From a virus, in the IMG/VR virus record IMGVR_UViG_3300002138_000073, positions 5,295 to 69,294 of that record: DNA of 64,000 nucleotides. One strand, 5' to 3'. The notes below the pieces were generated by a model that saw only the letters and a program-made list of their open reading frames with translations, did not search any database and had not been told where the DNA came from. Shown in pieces: positions 56,846 through 64,000 of this stretch; the first letter of the stretch is position 1, and each line of letters opens with the position of its first letter. The position numbers and the translations under genes were made by a program.

Positions 56846-58057
56846 CTACGTAAACCAGTACTTAAAGTATGCAGCAGACTCAAGCCCCATTGGGTCTCCA
56901 GAGTGAAGTACTACATAGTCGTTGTTGTTCTGCATTGAATAGGTGATTTCAGCATTACCCCCGCCAGCATCACCACCACCGTAGCTAATGCTCGTCAGCT
57001 TGTTTTTGTTGCCCACCTGAATTACAGTAGAGTCATCAAGGCATATCTGAATAGTGTGGTTGCTCAAGTTACCACCGCTTGGCACGTTTTCGACAGCATC
57101 AATATTATCGCCACCGACAGCAATAACTTTGATCTCCGTTGAAACCTGAACTGGGAAGTTCACATATCTGTAATATGGAGCGTATGTACCAAGCTGATTA
57201 ATGGCTTCACGTCCGGCATCAACAGAGAAGCTGATAGACTGAATGTGAACATTGTCTGTATTGATGGTCCCACAATTCTTGAATGTCGCATAGCCATCTG
57301 CGGAAGTAATATCGCTACCATTATTAGACACACCAGTAATAAAGCTTGGGACGACTGTGACAAAGCCGTTTCCACCGCGAGTTACAACACCTGAACCAGT
57401 TACGAAGTTGTTTCTTCGAAGAACCCCGCTGTCTGGAGAATCAGGAGAGTCGTTACCGAAAGCGAATACAGAGTTAACAACCTCGCCATTTCCAAGTAGA
57501 ATACCAGCAGTGCCATTAGAAGAAATCCACTTCTTGTTGTTCCCAACCAGAGTCAGACTCTCGGTGAAGTTCCCATCTGTAGGCAAGTTAATCCCGCAAG
57601 ATGACCAGTACATACCAGAGCAATATAGCTCAGCGGCCAAGCTATTTCCGCTGGAAACAGCCGCATCAGTATCAAGACCAATAACCATTCTCAGGTCTGC
57701 TCGTGCGTTAGCTCGACCAGAAAGAGTAGGGTCCGTAGCCGTAATAGTAGCCGCGTGATAGGCCAGAGTGTACCCATCAAGCAATCGCTCGAAGGTTGCC
57801 TCGATGTCTGGAACTTCTTCCACGTTTTCATAGATTGAAAGCTGACCTAGCTCCTGAACGGCTTCAAGACTGAAGTTAGTATTAACTCCAATGCTCTGAA
57901 GACCATGCATGATGATCATATTTCCAGAACCATCGAAGGTAGTTGGGCCATCACTGGCTCCCCATGCATCCTTAACGCCAGTAGCTCCTATGTCACCAAT
58001 AGCTACACCTTGGGTGGCGTAGAAGACACGCTTATTTGAACTTGTATTAAACGCCAT
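56846..58057 (-). CDS. Major tail tube protein
   Basis: GLQSIGVNTNF...ELGQLSIYE..E..PDIE; IQSISFS...RE.I.QLG; flanked by the promoter motif and a hairpin. Confidence 0.75.
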   Translation of the reverse strand: MAFNTSSNKRVFYATQGVAIGDIGATGVKDAWGASDGPTTFDGSGNMIIMHGLQSIGVNTNFSLEAVQELGQLSIYENVEEVPDIEATFERLLDGYTLAYHAATITATDPTLSGRANARADLRMVIGLDTDAAVSSGNSLAAELYCSGMYWSSCGINLPTDGNFTESLTLVGNNKKWISSNGTAGILLGNGEVVNSVFAFGNDSPDSPDSGVLRRNNFVTGSGVVTRGGNGFVTVVPSFITGVSNNGSDITSADGYATFKNCGTINTDNVHIQSISFSVDAGREAINQLGTYAPYYRYVNFPVQVSTEIKVIAVGGDNIDAVENVPSGGNLSNHTIQICLDDSTVIQVGNKNKLTSISYGGGDAGGGNAEITYSMQNNNDYVVLHSGDPMGLESAAYFKYWFT

Positions 58058-58090
58058 TTATTTTCTCCAGTAAAAAAGGAATCTCTAAAA

Positions 58091-58100
58091 ATTTATACGC
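58091..58100 (-). promoter_or_regulatory. Candidate phage promoter motif GCGTATWWAT upstream of the tail tube gene
   Basis: GCGTATAAAT on the - strand. Confidence 0.45.
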
Positions 58101-59034
58101 CAAAGTGAATTACTTCAGTAGTAATTTTGACTGTGCCAACCTTTACCCTGCCCAAACTATAAACAGAGTCTAGCTTAGCATCTGAAATATAAATCGTTCT
58201 GCCGGGGTGGCTGCTCACCAAAGTGGGGAAGGTTTTGGCCCCAGATTCAGGAACGCCACGATAATCCAGCGGAAAATCGCCAGAATCAGCTATCTTGTTG
58301 AGGTCATACATTTGGAAGGACCCCTTGGATTGATATGTGACTGCATCAACTAGGGAATCTCTGGTGTATGAGTCTTCTGCCACACAATGGCAATAGAAGT
58401 CGGTTATGACGGTTTGTCCACCCCCTAATTGGAATGGGATGAGCTTTCTGCCCGCCAATTCAACCCCAATTAGAGGAAGAACCTGCCGATTTTCAGGCAA
58501 AAGTTCATATATGCCACTCTGATTGGCAAAATCCCCATCTGATCTCTCGGACCTTTCCTGAATTTGCTTGAACCACTCGATTCCCTCGGCGGCAGAAACT
58601 GAGATATACTTATAGGAATGGGGGCAGTCCACTACAGAGCTGGCCGGAATTGATGAGTCAAATCTCACAACACCATTTATATGGTCAATATGATAAGCAT
58701 AAGTACCAGTAGTGGCAGGTCCGTAAAAGGTATTGTTCACATAAACGCCACTCACTCCGGGATAAGCTGGATTGGTTGAGGTCAAGGCCCCAACCCCAGA
58801 TTCCCAAACAAGATTGGGCCTGAATGTGGCCCACACCTGTCCATCTGTATACCTCGGGTCATCCACCAGTCTGAGTCGGCTATCAATTCCCCCATAAAGT
58901 CCCGTACTCGGAACCGGCACATCAACAAAATTCCCCATAGTGAGGAAGTTATAGTCTAAATACGATATTAGGTTTTCCCTTATGTCGTTGGTCAGAGTAG
59001 AATCACCCAACCTCACAAAGCCTTTTAATGACAT
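58093..59034 (-). CDS. Putative tail completion/terminator protein
   Basis: Position upstream of the tube gene; LPLIGVE...FQLGG. Confidence 0.5.
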   Translation of the reverse strand: MSLKGFVRLGDSTLTNDIRENLISYLDYNFLTMGNFVDVPVPSTGLYGGIDSRLRLVDDPRYTDGQVWATFRPNLVWESGVGALTSTNPAYPGVSGVYVNNTFYGPATTGTYAYHIDHINGVVRFDSSIPASSVVDCPHSYKYISVSAAEGIEWFKQIQERSERSDGDFANQSGIYELLPENRQVLPLIGVELAGRKLIPFQLGGGQTVITDFYCHCVAEDSYTRDSLVDAVTYQSKGSFQMYDLNKIADSGDFPLDYRGVPESGAKTFPTLVSSHPGRTIYISDAKLDSVYSLGRVKVGTVKITTEVIHFGV

Positions 59035-59041
59035 AGGGTCC

Positions 59042-59695
59042 TCACTGTAAGTAGCTAAACATTAATTTAGCGATTTCCGGTAAAAGAGAATTCACTGTAT
59101 TTACTACAAAGTTATCATCTGTGGTTCCGGCAAAAACTGGGTCTACTCTAAATAATCGCCCAGATGAACCAGCAGGAAGCATAATGGCGTTGCCAGACCG
59201 GCTACCGGGGAATTCCTTGCCATAAGCGACAAAGTAATCATCATAGACGATTGTGACACCTTTGGTGAGCAACCAATCCATCCAGTCGATTTCGCCACGG
59301 TTGCTTTTGTATGCACCAATTTGCTTGATTGCGTCTGTGAATCCATCTGGGAGAATTGACACGGACATAGACCATGCCAAATTACCCAGACTACCACGCC
59401 CCCGAATGTCCAGATTCACTTTTACTGAGCGTTTAACGGCTTCTATAAGGTCTTGTACTGCTGTATTGGCAACAGAGTCTGTGAGGCCGAAATCGGCCCT
59501 TAGTTTGCCAGAGAGGATTTCTCTTACGTGTGGCGTGGATCTAAGCTTGGTCTCAATCAATTGGCCGACTCTGGCGTTGATCTGGGGAGCCGCTGATCGC
59601 ATCTTTCTGTCGATCTGCTCAACCGCTTCTGCTATAATTTTGGCAGATACTGATTTGGTGGATTCTGTAATTTGTATTGAGGTTCTTTTGGCCAC
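59042..59695 (-). CDS. Putative neck / head-tail protein
   Basis: GTG start after GGAGG; WMDWLL..G, SRSG.AIM, FAGT.DDNFV. Confidence 0.5.
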   Translation of the reverse strand: MAKRTSIQITESTKSVSAKIIAEAVEQIDRKMRSAAPQINARVGQLIETKLRSTPHVREILSGKLRADFGLTDSVANTAVQDLIEAVKRSVKVNLDIRGRGSLGNLAWSMSVSILPDGFTDAIKQIGAYKSNRGEIDWMDWLLTKGVTIVYDDYFVAYGKEFPGSRSGNAIMLPAGSSGRLFRVDPVFAGTTDDNFVVNTVNSLLPEIAKLMFSYLQ

Positions 59696-60138
59696 TATTT
59701 CCTCCAGTGTGCTATGCAATAGTCAGTATTCAATCCCCACACCAGAACCTCGCCGCTCCTCTGAAGTCTAACCTTGTCTATGATTATGTAGTCAGCCTTT
59801 CTTATGTCCTCAGCTTGGGCAGAAGTCCCAATTGTCATACATGATCCAGCGGCATAGTCGAACCCTCCGACCTTCTCAAAACTCTTTTTGTCGGAATAGA
59901 CTCTCAGAGTTATCTCTTCTAGGGTTTCGACTGTCTTAGTTGCCTCGCCGCCCCTAAGCATTCCCGCTTGCCCCGCCTGAGGGTTCATTGTAAGGCGTTG
60001 TCTGATGTCCGCTGGAGCTGAAGAAATTGGCGAGATCTTCTGATATACCAACTGGCAGACTACACCAAAATTAGTAGACAAAGCAAACATGGTCATAGCT
60101 TCGGCATATTTAGTGTATACGTTAGATGGGATTTCCAT
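59695..60138 (-). CDS. Putative head closure protein
   Basis: Size, position and beta-rich pattern. Confidence 0.45.
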   Translation of the reverse strand: MEIPSNVYTKYAEAMTMFALSTNFGVVCQLVYQKISPISSAPADIRQRLTMNPQAGQAGMLRGGEATKTVETLEEITLRVYSDKKSFEKVGGFDYAAGSCMTIGTSAQAEDIRKADYIIIDKVRLQRSGEVLVWGLNTDYCIAHWRK

Positions 60139-60146
60139 AGCTTCGC

Positions 60147-61034
60147 CTAGCTGTAGTAATATCGACGGTCGTCGAATCGCTCTTCCGGGATTGGGGATAT
60201 ATTTCCGGTCTTTTGGATTTTTGAGACATTGCCAAGTGGCGAAGCTCCAGTTATGATTGAGCCCTGTCTTACGGAAGAACCAGAGATGTAGTGGAGATGG
60301 GAGGGGAGGAATACTGAGGACCGTCTGCGTGGGGCAAGCTCGTAAGCGATGCCCGGATGTGATGCTAATGCTATAACTTCTTGTGCAGACAAAGCTCTAT
60401 CATAACAAGATACACCGTGGGTCAGACCTATGTGGTATTGACTGAAATAAGTTGTCCCTCCAAAGTGGATCATCTCTGTACCCAATCTCTGCATCCACTG
60501 CGTGTCTACTTGGCGAAGCCGTCCATCTATCCAAAGTTCATGGTAGGTTGCACTCCGAGAGATAACCGCAAAATGCTGCATTACACCAGTTAGCACAGAG
60601 GTGGCAGAGGAAAATATATTGTTATTAGCACTAAACTGGTATATACGAAAGTTACCGTACGATGTAGGAACAACATGTAATTTCGTATAAATTGCGAGAA
60701 ATGTAGCGTTGTTTCCTGTAGTCAGAGGCATTAGCCAAAAAGACAAAGAAAATGAGTCCCGCCCCCCGAATTGCACTCTTGCCGGAGTGCTGACAAAATC
60801 ATCAGATCCGTCGAAAGATAAAGCGTGTTTGCCTCCATTACTAACCCAGACAGACCCTGCGTCCATATTTGTAAGTGTGCCGTGGTTACCGTATAAACTC
60901 CAGTCCCTGAGGGTTAATCCAGTCGAACCTAAACATGGAGCCCACGCACCGATGCAACCACGCCACAACTCTGGATAGAGTGGCTGGCCGTCGCGTGGGG
61001 CGAATCCGTTAGCGTATGATCCGGACAGAATCAT
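60147..61034 (-). CDS. LamG/concanavalin A-like virion protein
   Basis: GNHGTLTN, LSFDGSDDFV, FSLSFW, LWIDG, YDRALSAQEV. Confidence 0.85.
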   Translation of the reverse strand: MILSGSYANGFAPRDGQPLYPELWRGCIGAWAPCLGSTGLTLRDWSLYGNHGTLTNMDAGSVWVSNGGKHALSFDGSDDFVSTPARVQFGGRDSFSLSFWLMPLTTGNNATFLAIYTKLHVVPTSYGNFRIYQFSANNNIFSSATSVLTGVMQHFAVISRSATYHELWIDGRLRQVDTQWMQRLGTEMIHFGGTTYFSQYHIGLTHGVSCYDRALSAQEVIALASHPGIAYELAPRRRSSVFLPSHLHYISGSSVRQGSIITGASPLGNVSKIQKTGNISPIPEERFDDRRYYYS

Positions 61035-61570
61035 CAGAGAGCATCCTCAATTGATTCTTCGAGCGGCGTGAGCGTGATAACCTGATTCGTGTCGCTCGAA
61101 TGAAACGCCGCCCCACTTCTATTGTCCACAACAAAATTGGCATATCTCCCCTTAGGGAAAATGACACCAACCTGAGATTTCTGTACATTCGGAGTAGCGT
61201 CAGCGGTACATATATGAGAGCCCAGAAACTCTAACTGCTTAGTCGCAGCATCGATATTTCCGGCATAGCCACTATACGCAGCGTTAAGCCCACTAGTGTT
61301 ACCAGCCCCAGTCCCAGAAGCACTCACGAATGAGGCAAAGTAATTAATTGCGTTACCGGCAGTGGGAGTGGCGGCCACCTCTAGGGAGGAATCCATTCTC
61401 CATCTTTGTGCCCAATTTGCCCCAAAATCAATTGTGGAGGACTGCCTAGCTCCAGTAGACGTCCCATTTCCATTCGCTAGAGATGCGAACGTAATAGAAG
61501 CAGTTCCACCACTATTCTTAATGGTTTTAGCTGTACCTTCTTGAACTTTAATAAAATCTGGCAAGGCCAT
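61034..61570 (-). CDS. Putative virion accessory protein
   Basis: ATG 61570 after GGAG; A/S/T/G-rich beta protein. Confidence 0.55.
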   Translation of the reverse strand: MALPDFIKVQEGTAKTIKNSGGTASITFASLANGNGTSTGARQSSTIDFGANWAQRWRMDSSLEVAATPTAGNAINYFASFVSASGTGAGNTSGLNAAYSGYAGNIDAATKQLEFLGSHICTADATPNVQKSQVGVIFPKGRYANFVVDNRSGAAFHSSDTNQVITLTPLEESIEDAL

Positions 61571-61580
61571 AAAACATCTC

Positions 61581-62009
61581 CTAGAACGGATACGCGGTTG
61601 ACACTTCAGAACCATTTATTGATTGTGGAACTTCCGCAGCAGCCAACAGAGGTGCCGCTTGTATACTTGTAAGACCAATACCGCCTTGGTTGACAGGCAA
61701 AGTCAGCATAGATCTAACTCTCGCATCACCAAAATCAACTCCGGGAGCACCGGGGCGAATCCACTTAAGGACTCTAGCGACAACAGGGTTAGAATTAGCC
61801 ACTGTTTCAAACTGCTGTAAGACGGCTTCTCCATCTGCTGGGTTAGCATAAACCCTTAGTATGCTAAGCTCAGTCAGTAAAATAGAAGTGGGAATTTTTG
61901 GGGCCACTTGCATACATCGTGCAGCACATAGGTCAGCCGCCCCAGACTGGGCTAAAGCTAGAGCCTGTGGGTCTGACTCAATTAAGGTTCTAAGTGCTTG
62001 TGGGGTCAT
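61581..62009 (-). CDS. Hypothetical protein
   Basis: Strong RBS AAGGAG; GVDFGD..VR.ML. Confidence 0.6.
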   Translation of the reverse strand: MTPQALRTLIESDPQALALAQSGAADLCAARCMQVAPKIPTSILLTELSILRVYANPADGEAVLQQFETVANSNPVVARVLKWIRPGAPGVDFGDARVRSMLTLPVNQGGIGLTSIQAAPLLAAAEVPQSINGSEVSTAYPF

Positions 62010-62018
62010 TTTAACTCC

Positions 62019-62201
62019 TTAGGTAGTATAATAGGTACGGTCGTCTAGTCTAGTATCGAGAATCCCAGATTGTGAAACAATCACATTGTGCTCTACTCTG
62101 GCATTTACCTTCTGAGTATTGCCCAATTTATCAGCAAGAACTACGATTGTCCCATGCTTATAGACAACTCCAGTACCTGCAAATGATACTACGTCTGCCA
62201 T
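62019..62201 (-). CDS. Small virion protein homologous to the LamG protein C-terminus
   Basis: G.I...A..LGN..K...R.DDR.YY shared with the C-terminus of 60147..61034. Confidence 0.6.
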   Translation of the reverse strand: MADVVSFAGTGVVYKHGTIVVLADKLGNTQKVNARVEHNVIVSQSGILDTRLDDRTYYTT

Positions 62202-62671
62202 TATCGTCTACTCCAGTAAGATCCATAAGGGGAAAGAATAGCCTCGCCAACATTGTTGTTGGTTGTGGCGAAGTTCAGTTTGGTTCGTTCGTATCTCTCG
62301 CACATATCAGCATAGAGACTCTTAAAGTTGGTGGCCACACCACCCATGTCCACGCTGGATGGACCATCACTGACTCTAACAGCCGATAGGCTATGAGTCT
62401 TATACTCAGCCCCAATAATGATGCATGCTGCTTTTAGGGAAATTAGATTGATAAACCCATCGTCTTTTGCGGTTGGATCAGTCGGATCAGGAGAGATGGA
62501 ACATCGCTCCACGTTGATCGTGTATACTTGTTCAAAGTCGACCTCGGTAGAGACCAACTGTGCAGCTACAAGTATGGTCTGTTCAATTCGCTCATCTGGG
62601 TACGAAGGAGAAGAAATATCTGTGTCGTTGACAAGATATCGCACGATTGTTGATATTTCAGTATTCCACAT
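62201..62671 (-). CDS. Head-tail adaptor-like protein
   Basis: VRYLVND....YPDERI; position. Confidence 0.55.
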   Translation of the reverse strand: MWNTEISTIVRYLVNDTDISSPSYPDERIEQTILVAAQLVSTEVDFEQVYTINVERCSISPDPTDPTAKDDGFINLISLKAACIIIGAEYKTHSLSAVRVSDGPSSVDMGGVATNFKSLYADMCERYERTKLNFATTNNNVGEAILSPYGSYWSRR

Positions 62672-62685
62672 GATGCCTCCAGACT

Positions 62686-63000
62686 CTAAATATTGTGCAT
62701 TACTTTGAAGGACTTAATTGTACTATGATAAAGACTACCGCTGCCAAGTTCTACTACTGCCTGTATCCTCCATAGGCCGACTTCATCGATATCGCCAGCA
62801 ACAGTAGCATACTGTATTTTCCCATCCACTCCGTCAGAAGTAAAGGAGGCTGTTTTTTCTAGGGATGCTCCGCTTGGCTTTAGCAATGTAATTATCTTAC
62901 TGGTAGCCGCAGAGATGTCGATAGCTACACAGTCTTCAGTAACAGTCACTACGAAGATAAAATTAGTATCACCTACATGTAATTCTGATTCGCAAGCCAT
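62686..63000 (-). CDS. BppU N-terminal-like Ig-fold protein
   Basis: DISAAT...KPSG...GVDGKIQY....DIDEVGLW..Q. Confidence 0.6.
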   Translation of the reverse strand: MACESELHVGDTNFIFVVTVTEDCVAIDISAATSKIITLLKPSGASLEKTASFTSDGVDGKIQYATVAGDIDEVGLWRIQAVVELGSGSLYHSTIKSFKVMHNI

Positions 63001-63001
63001 T

Positions 63002-63784
63002 CTAACCTCTTATCTGTATACTTCTCTTGATCGCGAGATCAAAACTTTTATCTCTGACTATGTTTAGGTCAAACTGGTGCGACCTAGCTATATTCAGAAG
63101 AATTTCAAGATTCTTTTTACCATCAGCAAATGTAACTACAAACTCAGCATCAATACAGGTTAGTAAAAAGCTGCCATAGTCTCCTGATAGAAGCCTATTA
63201 TGCAATTTGCCAGCGTCATTCCCCGTGACTAAGAATGATTCAGTACCAGCGACCAGCACCCTATTAGCTGCCAGATTGGCAACTACACCAGTAAAAAGGA
63301 TGGACCCGGTTTCTAGGCCTAAGACTCGATCATGTCTGAATAATGTGTTTTGGCCAGACAGAACAAAATTGCCGGTATCGGCTGATGTTAAAAACCCCTT
63401 TAGTAGTGAGGAATTTTGCCCACTTAATGTGAATACAGAATTGTCAGCAATCAGAATACTTTGTTTCTTAAGTGAAGCATCTTGCCCACTTAATACAATC
63501 GCCCCACTATCTGCCGAACAGACAAGACCTCTTAAGAAGCCTATATCCTGCCCACTTACAGAGAATTGGCCGTAGTCTGCCGTTACGAGCCTATTATAGA
63601 TAAGATTTGCAGAGTTGCCATTTAGCAGATAGGTTGTCCCATCAGCTATTAATACGATCCCAGAAGAGGTTAGCCCCGGATATCCAACATGTCGACCAAA
63701 AGGCGTAGTCCATCCCAAGACTGGCTTTCTTAAGCTTCCAGTCGTTTGCCCAAAACTACCTAATGTGTGACGTGTTAGTGCCAT
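63002..63784 (-). CDS. Virion protein with 22-aa tandem repeats
   Basis: About 8 repeats of ADxGxFxLSGQ..L......L. Confidence 0.65.
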   Translation of the reverse strand: MALTRHTLGSFGQTTGSLRKPVLGWTTPFGRHVGYPGLTSSGIVLIADGTTYLLNGNSANLIYNRLVTADYGQFSVSGQDIGFLRGLVCSADSGAIVLSGQDASLKKQSILIADNSVFTLSGQNSSLLKGFLTSADTGNFVLSGQNTLFRHDRVLGLETGSILFTGVVANLAANRVLVAGTESFLVTGNDAGKLHNRLLSGDYGSFLLTCIDAEFVVTFADGKKNLEILLNIARSHQFDLNIVRDKSFDLAIKRSIQIRG

Positions 63785-64000
63785 TATTGTATTACGAAAG
63801 TATCGCCAGAGGCTGGTGCAGTTGTTAGGGAAGAGACGGTAAGTACACCCAATGCAGTAGACCCAGTAATTTCACAGCCCTGCCCACGCAAGTTAGCTGT
63901 GGGAGTATCTGAGGTGAACTTAAGGATTAGCCCCTTAAATTGATCTGACACTGCTGCTGCTGGGGATAGGCTACTTGTGACCACTGAAGTAGTTGTAGAT
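63784..64000 (-). CDS. 3' end of a virion protein gene truncated by the window edge
   Basis: Frame open to the window end; C-terminal TAPASGDTFVI. Confidence 0.6.
   Translation of the reverse strand, partial: STTTSVVTSSLSPAAAVSDQFKGLILKFTSDTPTANLRGQGCEITGSTALGVLTVSSLTTAPASGDTFVIQ

Noticed and set aside
60147-61034. Diversity-generating retroelement target
   Set aside because: No reverse transcriptase or template repeat visible in the window
36357-63575. Many short + strand ORFs in the tail arm (and - strand ORFs in the left arm)
   Set aside because: Antisense shadows of long genes, with no RBS or recognisable motifs

Overview
64 kb of a large tailed dsDNA phage genome, siphovirus-like (tail tube plus tape measure, no sheath seen). 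The host is possibly a Planctomycete/PVC bacterium, inferred only from gene style. The standard genetic code is used. The + arm (1-35.9 kb) carries a membrane protein/papain protease/thioredoxin block, small accessory genes and nucleotide metabolism (thyX, nrdAB, dNMP kinase, deoxyribonucleotidase, MazG-like, phoH). It continues with recombination/replication genes (recA, dnaB, dnaG, Cas4-like and DEDDh exonucleases, SSAP, SSB), a sigma factor, a glycosyltransferase cluster and a glf cassette. The - arm (35.9-64 kb) is the head-tail/tail module, with a 2263-aa tape measure and an 1813-aa Cys-rich tail protein. The most notable observations are: (1) a candidate non-canonical lysis module of holin-like proteins, a cysteine protease and an exported thioredoxin, the last with a -1 frameshift extension; (2) an unannotated ~265-nt structured RNA; (3) a tape measure protein with repeated motifs bracketing a nuclease-like cargo; (4) a Galf-transferase-like protein sharing a Cys/His domain with the tail-fibre partner gene; (5) an ATT-initiated exonuclease; (6) a perfect sigma70 promoter embedded in a terminator hairpin. 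All family calls come from motif recognition by eye; no database searches were run.
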